This document shows, piece by piece, positions 42,248-50,031 of a stretch of DNA of 64,000 nucleotides. Made by a program: the position numbers and the translations under genes. The number at the start of each line of letters is the position of its first letter. The stretch's first letter is position 1. The DNA comes from Candidatus Vogelbacteria bacterium (GTDB taxonomy: Bacteria > Patescibacteriota > Minisyncoccia > Phycocordibacterales > XYD1-FULL-46-19), in contig CAIPHT010000005.1 in the NCBI GenBank assembly GCA_903864935.1, forward strand, positions 9,867 to 73,866. Reading direction: 5' to 3'. The notes beneath the pieces were generated by a model that saw only the letters and a list, made by a program, of their open reading frames with translations, was not told the origin of the DNA and searched no databases.

Positions 42248-43108
42248 ATGGAGTCGAATGGAGAGACATTTCAATCTCAACCCCAACACAAGCCTGTGCC
42301 GGGTGCCCCAATTGCTGAGAAGATACATCCTCCCAAGAAGGGGGGATGGAGGGCGAAGCTACTCTTTGCCTTCAGTCGCCATCAGGACGAGAATTCGATC
42401 GTGTTCCACTCATACCCGAAGTTTGTTTTCTGCTGGCCGATCCTGTTCTTGGGTTTGGTCGGCTACTTGTGGAGTCTGGTGGGGACACCTCCGTCGGCTC
42501 TTTCCTGGGTCTATGTCTTGGCCATGACGGTGGTGCTTCTGGCCATTAGTTTCGACATGGGGCGCAACTGGGTGGCCATATGGTCCCTCGTCGTAATGGT
42601 TTTTGTGTTCTGTGCCCTGTGGTTGGGGTCGGTTTATGGGGTTCCCGTTTTTCGGACTATCGGCCACTGGCTGGGAACACGAGAGATGGATTATCCCGTG
42701 GGCCTGACCTCGACGATCAGCTTGATCCTTGCCCCGATATTTCTGGGCATGGTGATCTCTGTTCGACTCAATCAGAAATGGCGGATGACGCACAATGAGA
42801 TAGAACGTTTCGTGTTTTGGTCAAGCAGCGACTCTTTCGGGCGTGGGTCCAAACAGTTCACCTTTACCTTTCCGGACGTTCTCGAGCGACTACTGCTCTT
42901 CTCTGGGACGATTACAGTGAAGACGAACAATGGGAAGTTTCTGAAGGCCATCCCTGATGTTCCAGGACTAACGCTCAAGATGAGGAAGTTTGATCGTATT
43001 TTGGCTGCAGTGGCCATGTCTCCGCACCTTGATGAAGAGGATGATGGGGATCACGGTGACGCTGATGGCCACGACTCGGAAGATGAAAACAATGACGGCC
43101 ACGATTGA
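42248..43108 (+). CDS. hypothetical membrane protein (4-5 TM) with an acidic His-rich C-terminal tail, GC-richer
   Basis: RBS AAGGAGAAAAG upstream. An 11-bp perfect hairpin (GCTCACGAAGC-ttgtct-GCTTCGTGAGC) at 42168-42195 precedes it. The tail ends ...EEDDGDHGDADGHDSEDENNDGHD. Confidence 0.5.
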   Translation: MESNGETFQSQPQHKPVPGAPIAEKIHPPKKGGWRAKLLFAFSRHQDENSIVFHSYPKFVFCWPILFLGLVGYLWSLVGTPPSALSWVYVLAMTVVLLAISFDMGRNWVAIWSLVVMVFVFCALWLGSVYGVPVFRTIGHWLGTREMDYPVGLTSTISLILAPIFLGMVISVRLNQKWRMTHNEIERFVFWSSSDSFGRGSKQFTFTFPDVLERLLLFSGTITVKTNNGKFLKAIPDVPGLTLKMRKFDRILAAVAMSPHLDEEDDGDHGDADGHDSEDENNDGHD

Positions 43109-44078
43109 GCGCCCTCGGAAGAGGTTGAAAGGACAAACGCCAAACCTCATGGCCAAGCGAGAAGTCCCTTCGGACTTGGTTGACGCTTTGATGGCGTTGA
43201 CCCCGGCGAATGTCTGCAACCTTGCCTACAGCATGTACGTGTGTACGGCTGAAGAAGAAAAGGGTAAGGTCACTTCGATTGGGCGAACCGCTCGTGAGGC
43301 CGTTAAGGTCTTCGAGGCCCTTGAGAAATGGGTTGAGCGTCGTGGCGGACCGAGGGAGAAGAAATTTCTCTTCCTCATCCGCCTCTCGGCAGTGTCTTTG
43401 TCTCGTGGGCTATTTCGGCGCAAGCAGGAACAGCACGTTCGGACCGAGGCAGCTATCGAGGAACGAGCTCGCAGTATTAAGCAGGCCCAACTTTCGACGA
43501 GTCGAGGAGTCTTCCTCACAACTGCATGGAAGGCGGCTATGACCGGAGGTGTTGGCTTTCTCTTCGCGAAGACCTTTGCGCCGGATTTCTTGAGTGAATC
43601 TGGCCATGGTCCGACGGTCTTCTCTATGGGCGTCGGCTTTGCTTCTCTCTTGGCGTACTATTACTTCCGTTCCTTTTACCTGCAGAGGGTGGACCGGCGG
43701 ATATATACGCTCTATGAGATGGCAGAACGTTTTGCCGTTGAGGAGAATGAGGTCGGTTCGCGGGGTGAGTACATTCGTGCTCGACGTGAAGTGACCGAAG
43801 CTTGGAAGGGTTACTTTGGACATGCTCCTAAGGGTAACACTTTGGACTTTGGGCATGTGCTCGAGGACAATATCGAGCGTCGCCGTGATCATGAGCGCCA
43901 AATCCAGAGGGTTCGCATGGGTGAATGGTATTATTTCGTGACCTTTGTCTCGGCGACTTATCGCGAGGCAAGGAAGTTGCGGAAGACCGCCACGAAGGCC
44001 ACCAACGGCTGGCTCCAGAAGCGGCATCGCAAGCAGGAAGCTCTTAAGGTAGCTAAGGCGAAGCGAATCGAGAAGTGA
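43083..44078 (+). CDS. hypothetical protein with a central two-TM hairpin flanked by charged helical regions; overlaps the previous gene (operon)
   Basis: ATG at 43083 overlaps the upstream stop by 26 nt. TM pair ...GGVGFLFAKTFAP... and ...VFSMGVGFASLLAYYYF.... Terminator at 44095-44135. Confidence 0.45.
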   Translation: MKTMTATIERPRKRLKGQTPNLMAKREVPSDLVDALMALTPANVCNLAYSMYVCTAEEEKGKVTSIGRTAREAVKVFEALEKWVERRGGPREKKFLFLIRLSAVSLSRGLFRRKQEQHVRTEAAIEERARSIKQAQLSTSRGVFLTTAWKAAMTGGVGFLFAKTFAPDFLSESGHGPTVFSMGVGFASLLAYYYFRSFYLQRVDRRIYTLYEMAERFAVEENEVGSRGEYIRARREVTEAWKGYFGHAPKGNTLDFGHVLEDNIERRRDHERQIQRVRMGEWYYFVTFVSATYREARKLRKTATKATNGWLQKRHRKQEALKVAKAKRIEK

Positions 44079-44160
44079 TATCCTCAATTAAGTACCGCCC
44101 CGGGCCAAATGGCACGGGGCGGTTTTCTGTTGTCTAGGAAGTTATTGAGCTGGAGAGAAA

Positions 44161-44544
44161 CTAGTGTCTGAAGTAGTAGATTGATTTGGACTTATTGCCC
44201 CCTAAGAACTCACGGCAGAATTTCTCGGCCTCCTTGTGATCGAAGAATTTGCAACTGAATATGTCGATGAAGGCACGATTGTCGTGTTGGTCGTCGAAGT
44301 GCATGGTAATACTCGAGGTCTCGATGAATTGCATGGCCGAGTGACCAGCGAGTTCCCCTTCGGCAAAGCGCTCGATCAAGGTTGGTCCGTGACGCTTCAT
44401 GTCAATATGCTTGCAGAGCTCAATGACGAACTTTTGGATTTCTTTTTTACTAGTAATCTTCTTGGGGTTGCATTTGTAGACATCGATGGAGGAAACCATG
44501 CCCCAACATTTTTTCTTATTATATTCTTGTTCGATTTTTTTCAT
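44161..44544 (-). CDS. speH: S-adenosylmethionine decarboxylase proenzyme, prokaryotic class 1B (SpeH-like)
   Basis: ~125 aa with ...FIETSSITMHFDD... resembling the self-cleavage/pyruvoyl site (..SESHLTIHTWPE..) of small AdoMetDCs. Confidence 0.65.
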   Translation of the reverse strand: MKKIEQEYNKKKCWGMVSSIDVYKCNPKKITSKKEIQKFVIELCKHIDMKRHGPTLIERFAEGELAGHSAMQFIETSSITMHFDDQHDNRAFIDIFSCKFFDHKEAEKFCREFLGGNKSKSIYYFRH

Positions 44545-44631
44545 TTTTTAGTGCGTTTTTAGTATAGTAGAAATGGCCAGAATTACAATAGAAAGTGTTG
44601 ATAACTTAGATGTCCTTGTTATAATAAAAAT

Positions 44632-45084
44632 ATGAATACAGACAAAATATTTATGTACACCGATGGCGGTTCACGTGGCAATCCGGGTCCGGCCGGTGCA
44701 GGGGTCTATATTTGCAATGAGAAGAAGGATGCGGTGCGTACGGCCAAACTTTTTTTAGGCAAGGTGACCAATAACGAAGCTGAGTATCAAGCGGTAATTT
44801 TGGGCTTAGAGACTCTTAAAAAAGTCTTTGGCAAAGATAAGATCAAAGATTTGCCGGTCGAGATTCGTATGGATAGCGAGTTGATTTGCCGGCAGTTAAA
44901 AGGGGAGTATCAGATAAAAGATGATAATCTGGCCAAACTCTTTATGAAAATTTGGAATGCCCGCGTCGCCGACTTCCATAACCTGTCCTTTGTGCATATT
45001 CCCCGCGAAGAGAATCATGAGGCCGACAAGCTGGCCAACGAAGCCATGGACGAGGGAAGTAATTCTCAGTCGGGGTTGTTTTAA
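44632..45084 (+). CDS. rnhA: ribonuclease HI
   Basis: YTDGGSRGNPGPAG, NNEAEY, MDSELI and a C-terminal HEEAD-like motif; 150 aa. Confidence 0.88.
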   Translation: MNTDKIFMYTDGGSRGNPGPAGAGVYICNEKKDAVRTAKLFLGKVTNNEAEYQAVILGLETLKKVFGKDKIKDLPVEIRMDSELICRQLKGEYQIKDDNLAKLFMKIWNARVADFHNLSFVHIPREENHEADKLANEAMDEGSNSQSGLF

Positions 45085-45093
45085 AAAAGAAAA

Positions 45094-46641
45094 ATGAGCA
45101 TGGCTAATTTGAGAAAAAATTTAGCCCTGCTCATATTTGGTTTTTTGAGCGGTGTCACCTTGGGTGGTCTTATCTCTTGGGCTTTGCCGTGGGTGGGGCT
45201 ATTTTTGGTTCTCGCTCTGGCTTTCTCGGCCCTGTTTCTCAAACTTAAGCGCCAAAAGCTTTTTTTAGCTCTCGCCATAATTTTTGTTGGAGTGATTCTC
45301 GGCCTGATTAGATTTAACTTTAGCCAAAAAACTGACCAAGCTTTGCCCGATTGCTCATCTTCGTCTAGGCCTTGCCTAGCCATGGTTGTCGCTGACCCAG
45401 ACCGGCGAGATGCTTCAACGAGGTTGGTGATTGAGCTTATGGAGTCCGAGTTTGTGAGAAGTCGTTTTTCAAGTGAGCCCGAAATGCGACTTCGCACGAA
45501 CTCGAGAGTTCTAGCTATTATTGACAACTTCACCGACTACTCTTACGGCGACAAAGTGGAGCTCGTTGGTAAAGTAGAAAAGCCTCAGAACTTTTTGACT
45601 GAACAAAACACCGTCTTCGATTATCAAAATTATTTATTAGTCCGCGGCATAGAACAAACAGTTTATCAGCCCAAACTTAAAATCATTTCTCGGGGTAACG
45701 GTTCTACTGTTAAGGCTGGTCTCTATTCTTTAAAAAATAATTTCTTAGGCAATCTTCGTCGTACTTTGCCCGAGCCGGCTGCCTCGTTAGCTGGCGGTCT
45801 CATCTTGGGGGACAAGGGCGGCTTAGGTAAGAAGACTGAAGATGAGTTTAGGCAAGCCGGGGTCTCGCACATTATTGTCCTCTCTGGCTATAACATTACG
45901 ATTGTGGCCGAGAGTGTGCTCTATTTCTTCGCTTGGCTCACACCGGCTTTCTCCTGGCTCCTTTCTATTGGTTCAATCTTTCTTTTTGTCCTGATGACCG
46001 GTGGCGAAGCTGCGGCCGTGCGCTCGGCGGTGATGGGCGCCATCGCGCTCATAGCAAGGCGTTATGGTCGCACCTATGATGCGGGAGTGGCCTTAATTGT
46101 TGCCGGCTTCTTGATGATAGTTTGGAATCCAAGGCTTCTCGCCTTCGACCTCGGCTTTCAACTCTCCTTCCTCGCCACATTGGGTTTGATATATTTGTCA
46201 CCCGTGGTGGAGAAGCTTTTGGATATCGGTTCGGGATTTCTGCGAAGTCGCATCTGGCTACGCGAGAAACGACTTCTCAAAAATCCCGAGCTTTTGAGAA
46301 GTTGGACTTCAAGAGAGCCCGAAGTCCAACTTCGCGGAAGCGGGGAGAAAAAGTTTAACAAGGATGTTTGGTCCGGTCTCAAAGAGCTCATCTGCACCAC
46401 CACCGGCGCCCAACTCGCCGTCTACCCTTGGCTCCTCTATAAAATGGGCAACGCTTCGCTCGTTGGTTTCATCTCCAACATCTTCATTCTCCCACCTATT
46501 CCCATTGCCATGTTCTTAAGTTTCTTAACGGGTATTACTGGTTTTATTTCCTCCTTCCTATCTCTTCTCATCAGTTATCCTACTTATTTCCTCCTCGCTT
46601 ATATCCTCAAAATGGCTCATATCTTTGCGAGTTTGTTATAA
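45094..46641 (+). CDS. comEC: ComEC/Rec2 competence protein, membrane channel part (DUF4131 + Competence domain), with in-frame palindromic inserts
   Basis: Multi-TM with IIVLSGYNITIVAES (competence domain signature). Contains the 44-nt palindrome at 45454-45497 and a related one at 46297-46335. Confidence 0.8.
   Translation: MSMANLRKNLALLIFGFLSGVTLGGLISWALPWVGLFLVLALAFSALFLKLKRQKLFLALAIIFVGVILGLIRFNFSQKTDQALPDCSSSSRPCLAMVVADPDRRDASTRLVIELMESEFVRSRFSSEPEMRLRTNSRVLAIIDNFTDYSYGDKVELVGKVEKPQNFLTEQNTVFDYQNYLLVRGIEQTVYQPKLKIISRGNGSTVKAGLYSLKNNFLGNLRRTLPEPAASLAGGLILGDKGGLGKKTEDEFRQAGVSHIIVLSGYNITIVAESVLYFFAWLTPAFSWLLSIGSIFLFVLMTGGEAAAVRSAVMGAIALIARRYGRTYDAGVALIVAGFLMIVWNPRLLAFDLGFQLSFLATLGLIYLSPVVEKLLDIGSGFLRSRIWLREKRLLKNPELLRSWTSREPEVQLRGSGEKKFNKDVWSGLKELICTTTGAQLAVYPWLLYKMGNASLVGFISNIFILPPIPIAMFLSFLTGITGFISSFLSLLISYPTYFLLAYILKMAHIFASLL
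45454..45497. repeat. 44-nt palindromic element, identical to 6564-6607, in-frame inside comEC
   Basis: Exact 44/44 nt identity. Encodes VRSRFSSEPEMRLRT in the same frame as in the AlkD-like gene. Flanks form extra complementary arms (CGAGTT / AACTCG). Confidence 0.8.
46297..46335. repeat. diverged member of the same palindromic element family inside comEC (GAGAAGTTGGACTTCAAGAGAGCCCGAAGTCCAACTTCGC)
   Basis: Shares the GAGAAGT...TTCAAG.GAGCCCGAA...ACTTCGC framework, with a compensatory inner stem TGGACTTC/GAAGTCCA. Confidence 0.6.
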
Positions 46642-46649
46642 TCAGAACA

Positions 46650-47504
46650 ATGAAATATCGCTGGGGCTTTATTTTTTTACTTTTAATTTTTACCGTCACT
46701 ACTTGGCTGGCGGTTTGGTATGAGACGCCGAGTAAGTATTTAACAGTAGACTTTCTTGATGTCGGCCAAGGCGATGCCATCTTAATCACGGCGCCCAACG
46801 GCAACCAAGTTTTGATTGATGGGGGTCCAGACCGGAGTGTGATACGCGCCCTTGGTCAAGCCATGCCCTTCTTTGATCACTCCATTGATCTTGTTTTAGA
46901 ATCTCATCCCGACCAAGACCATATTGGTGGTTTGCCCGAAGTCTTTGATCGTTATAATGTGGCTGGTTTTATTGAGCCACTCTTCACGGCCGAGACTTCT
47001 GTCTATAAAACTCTTGAGCAAGATGTAATAAAAGAAAAATCTTCGCACCTGATTGCAAAAAGGGGAACAAAAATTACTCTAAGCCCTGGCGTCTATCTCA
47101 GTATTATCGAAGCCCATCCTGCCACTTGGGGTCCGAGGGGAGGGAAGCCGGATTCTAATTATAGTTCGATTATTGCCAAGCTCACTTATGCCTCCACCTC
47201 CTTCCTCTTCATGGGTGATGCGTCTATTAAATTAGAGAATCAATTACTAACAGCTAAAAGCTCTGACCTAAAAGCTACGGTGCTAAAAGTTGCCCACCAT
47301 GGCGCGAAGAGCTCTAATTCCCTAGCTTTCTTCAGGGCGGTTAAACCAGAGCTGGCGATAATCTCTGTTGCGGAGAAGAACCGCTATAACCACCCAAGCC
47401 CCGAGACTATCGGTTGGCTAAAAATGGCCGGCATCCAAACTCTCCAAACCAAGGACCTCGGCACCATCAAACTAAAATCCGACGGTATTAGTGTCGGATT
47501 TTAG
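46650..47504 (+). CDS. ComEC C-terminal metallo-beta-lactamase domain encoded as a separate ORF with its own N-terminal TM helix
   Basis: HPDQDHIGG and VAHHGAKSS motifs (MBL fold); begins 9 nt after the comEC stop. Confidence 0.78.
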   Translation: MKYRWGFIFLLLIFTVTTWLAVWYETPSKYLTVDFLDVGQGDAILITAPNGNQVLIDGGPDRSVIRALGQAMPFFDHSIDLVLESHPDQDHIGGLPEVFDRYNVAGFIEPLFTAETSVYKTLEQDVIKEKSSHLIAKRGTKITLSPGVYLSIIEAHPATWGPRGGKPDSNYSSIIAKLTYASTSFLFMGDASIKLENQLLTAKSSDLKATVLKVAHHGAKSSNSLAFFRAVKPELAIISVAEKNRYNHPSPETIGWLKMAGIQTLQTKDLGTIKLKSDGISVGF

Positions 47505-47520
47505 CAATGTCTTTTTGAAT

Positions 47521-47739
47521 TTATTTTGCCTTAACTTTAGCAGAAGTAACCGTGAGATTCTTGCCAGCCTTTAAACATCGGGTGCAAAGCTTAATGCGGG
47601 AACCGTCGGCGGTTTTGCCCCATTGCAAGTTAGGCTGCTTGCGCTGCTTAGGGATGGGGTTATATTTGGTCGCGCGCACGCGGTTGGAGTAACCACCAAC
47701 CATGAGGGAACCTTTGTCGCAAATTAAACAAGTTTTCAT
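47521..47739 (-). CDS. rpmB: 50S ribosomal protein bL28
   Basis: 72 aa, basic, with ...ATKYNPIPKQRKQPNLQW... matching the L28 core (..RrwlPNLq..). Carries an N-terminal CxxC and a later CxxC pair (zinc-ribbon form). Confidence 0.7.
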   Translation of the reverse strand: MKTCLICDKGSLMVGGYSNRVRATKYNPIPKQRKQPNLQWGKTADGSRIKLCTRCLKAGKNLTVTSAKVKAK

Positions 47740-47804
47740 ATAAGTGGTTACATGCTATCATTATATAGTTAATTTGGCAACCCTTTAATCTTTATCTATA
47801 AATT

Positions 47805-48425
47805 ATGGACGTTATATCATTAAGTTTTATATTCTCCTTGGCCATTTTGGTCATTTCGGTCATTGTTCATGAGGTCTCTCATGGCTGGATGGCCTATGTT
47901 TTGGGTGACCCAACGGCCAAATTGGCGGGGCGCTTAACTCTGAACCCGATTCCTCATATTGACCCGATTGGTTCTATTCTTGTCCCTCTTGTCTTGTCTC
48001 TTATCCCTGGGGGTATCGTTTTTGGCTGGGCCAAGCCGGTGCCTTATAACCCCTACAACCTCAAGGCGGGGAAGTATGGTCCGGCTTATGTGGCGGCCGC
48101 TGGTCCCGCTTCCAACTTGCTCTTGGCTTTGATCTTTGGTCTTCTTATCCGTTCTGGTATTGCCGTCGCCTACTTGGGAGCCTCGGTAACTCCCATACTT
48201 TCGGCCATTGTAATTATTAATATAATGTTGGCCCTCTTCAACCTCATTCCGGTCCCACCCCTTGATGGCTCCACCATCCTCTTCTCGGCCTTGCCTTATC
48301 GTTCGCGGATTGCCCATTTCTTCTCCCGTTATCAAATTATTGTTATTTTGGCCGTCATCCTCGCCGCCGGCGCTATTATCGACAAGCTTGTCGGCTCTAT
48401 CTATTACCTAATCACGGGGCTATAG
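47805..48425 (+). CDS. site-2 protease (peptidase M50)-like membrane metalloprotease
   Basis: HEVSHG (HExxH) in the first TM helix, a second motif NLIPVPPLDGS (LDG), 206 aa polytopic. Confidence 0.72.
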   Translation: MDVISLSFIFSLAILVISVIVHEVSHGWMAYVLGDPTAKLAGRLTLNPIPHIDPIGSILVPLVLSLIPGGIVFGWAKPVPYNPYNLKAGKYGPAYVAAAGPASNLLLALIFGLLIRSGIAVAYLGASVTPILSAIVIINIMLALFNLIPVPPLDGSTILFSALPYRSRIAHFFSRYQIIVILAVILAAGAIIDKLVGSIYYLITGL

Positions 48426-48440
48426 AAATTCACCTAAAAA

Positions 48441-48476
48441 CCCGCCAGGCCTCGGGCTCACTTGAGGCCTGGCGGG
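48441..48476. repeat. GC-rich hairpin of the CCGCCAGG...CCTGGCGG family (terminator for the S2P gene)
   Basis: CCCGCCAGGCCTCGGGCTCACTTGAGGCCTGGCGGG. Confidence 0.6.
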
Positions 48477-48499
48477 GGAGAAAGGGGGAGTTTTTGCCC

Positions 48500-48528
48500 T
48501 TGACAGAAATAACCTGTTATGCTATACT
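48500..48528 (+). promoter_or_regulatory. extended -10 sigma70 promoter TTGACA-N17(..TGC)-TATACT
   Basis: TTGACA 48500-48505, TATACT 48523-48528 preceded by TGC. An RBS AAGGAG and the ATG at 48601 follow. Confidence 0.6.
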
Positions 48529-48600
48529 AGACGTTAGGTAAGGTAATATTTGGTGTTCTCTACAAAAGGCCTTTTGGCCAGAAAATAAGGAGATAGAGTC

Positions 48601-48888
48601 ATGAGCCGAGAGGAGCAATTTGCTCAGATTTTGGAACGTGTGTGTGGTCGCAACATCGGTTGCCTTGTCTGCTATGCGGGTAGCCACGGAAACTGGTTGG
48701 TGGAACTCCAAGACGCGCTTGAAGACATGGGCGTGTCGGTAGAGGAGTTCGCCTCGACCCGCAGCGACCAAGCAGGAATTTTGTTCACTGTCACTCGGGG
48801 CCGCCTCAGGTTGCTTCACCCCGGCCAGTGCGTCGACTCCAAGGCGATCATGAGCATTTTTCTCCGGCTCGAGAAGGCAGAGGATTAG
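48601..48888 (+). CDS. small hypothetical protein (95 aa), GC-richer, inserted just upstream of rpsL
   Basis: Own promoter, RBS and terminator (48896-48936). No domain recognised. Confidence 0.45.
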   Translation: MSREEQFAQILERVCGRNIGCLVCYAGSHGNWLVELQDALEDMGVSVEEFASTRSDQAGILFTVTRGRLRLLHPGQCVDSKAIMSIFLRLEKAED

Positions 48889-49015
48889 GCTCAAACACCG
48901 CCCACAACGGAAAACCGTTGGAGGGCGGTTTTCTTTTTGCCCAAACAGTTGCATTTTCTAAGCATTTATATTAAAGTAGTGCTTACCTGGCCGAGAGGTC
49001 ATTTTTATTGTATTT

Positions 49016-49447
49016 ATGCCAACAATCAATCAATTAATTAGGAAGCCTCGCAAAATCGTTAAGCGCAAGTCTAACACGGTGGCTTTGGAGCGTGGTTTTA
49101 ATACTATCAAGAACAAGCCTGTTTTTTACCCATCACCTTTCAAACGAGGTGTCTGTTTGCAGGTTAAGACTACTACCCCTAAGAAGCCTAACTCCGCTTT
49201 GCGTAAGATTGCCCGTGTGCGTTTGACCAACGGTATGGAAGTGACCGCCTATATCCCAGGTGAGGGCCACAATTTGCAAGAGCACTCCGTCGTCATTATC
49301 CGTGGCGGTCGTGTGAAGGACTTGCCAGGTGTTCGTTACCACATTGTTCGCGGTCTCTTGGATACCGCTGGTGTAGAGAAGCGCCGTCAGGGCCGTTCTC
49401 TATATGGTAACAAGCGTCCTAAGGCTGGTGATGCCAAGAAGAAATAG
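49016..49447 (+). CDS. rpsL: 30S ribosomal protein uS12 (with a ~12 aa insertion near the N-terminus)
   Basis: PTINQLIRK...[27 protein letters not shown] core. The extra segment [13 protein letters not shown] is not in canonical S12. Confidence 0.9.
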   Translation: MPTINQLIRKPRKIVKRKSNTVALERGFNTIKNKPVFYPSPFKRGVCLQVKTTTPKKPNSALRKIARVRLTNGMEVTAYIPGEGHNLQEHSVVIIRGGRVKDLPGVRYHIVRGLLDTAGVEKRRQGRSLYGNKRPKAGDAKKK

Positions 49448-49462
49448 TATATTAAATAAATC

Positions 49463-49942
49463 ATGCGACGACCTACTAAAAAATTAGTTAAATTACAGCC
49501 TGACCATCAATACCAGTCTCTTAAGGTTGAGAAGCTTATCAATTATATAATGGAGCGTGGCAAGAAGAATGTCGCTCGCACCATTGTTTATAACGCCTTC
49601 GATATCATTAAGGAGAAGACTAAGGAGGAGCCAATTGAAGTCTTCGAGACCGCTATTCGTAATGTTTCCCCACAAGTTGAAGTTCGTTCCCGCCGTGTCG
49701 GTGGTGCCAACTATCAGGTTCCTCACGAGGTTCGTCCTGAGCGCAAGATTGCTTTGACCTATCGCTGGATTATTGAGGCTGCCAAGGGTAAGAAGGGTAA
49801 GCCAATGGCCGAGAAACTTGCTGATGAATTGATCGGTGCCTATAAAAATGAAGGTGAAGCAATCAAGAAACGTGAGAACGTTCATCGCATGGCCGAGGCC
49901 AACCGCGCTTTTGCTCACTTTGCCCTTGCTCGCAAGAAGTAG
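49463..49942 (+). CDS. rpsG: 30S ribosomal protein uS7
   Basis: Classic S7 sequence throughout. Confidence 0.92.
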   Translation: MRRPTKKLVKLQPDHQYQSLKVEKLINYIMERGKKNVARTIVYNAFDIIKEKTKEEPIEVFETAIRNVSPQVEVRSRRVGGANYQVPHEVRPERKIALTYRWIIEAAKGKKGKPMAEKLADELIGAYKNEGEAIKKRENVHRMAEANRAFAHFALARKK

Positions 49943-50031
49943 ATTAATAAAGTAACCTAATTTCTAATTGGTCTAATTGACCTAAATTACAAGCCTTAGA
50001 AATTAGAATAATTAGAAATTAGAATAATTTT

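Noticed and set aside
43410-44087. 225-aa minus-strand ORF
   Set aside because: It is antisense to the 43083-44078 plus gene, which overlaps its upstream partner in an operon-like arrangement and ends at a terminator. No independent support.
48517-48954. 145-aa minus-strand ORF
   Set aside because: It is antisense to the promoter-driven 48601-48888 plus gene and would run through the consensus promoter and terminator.
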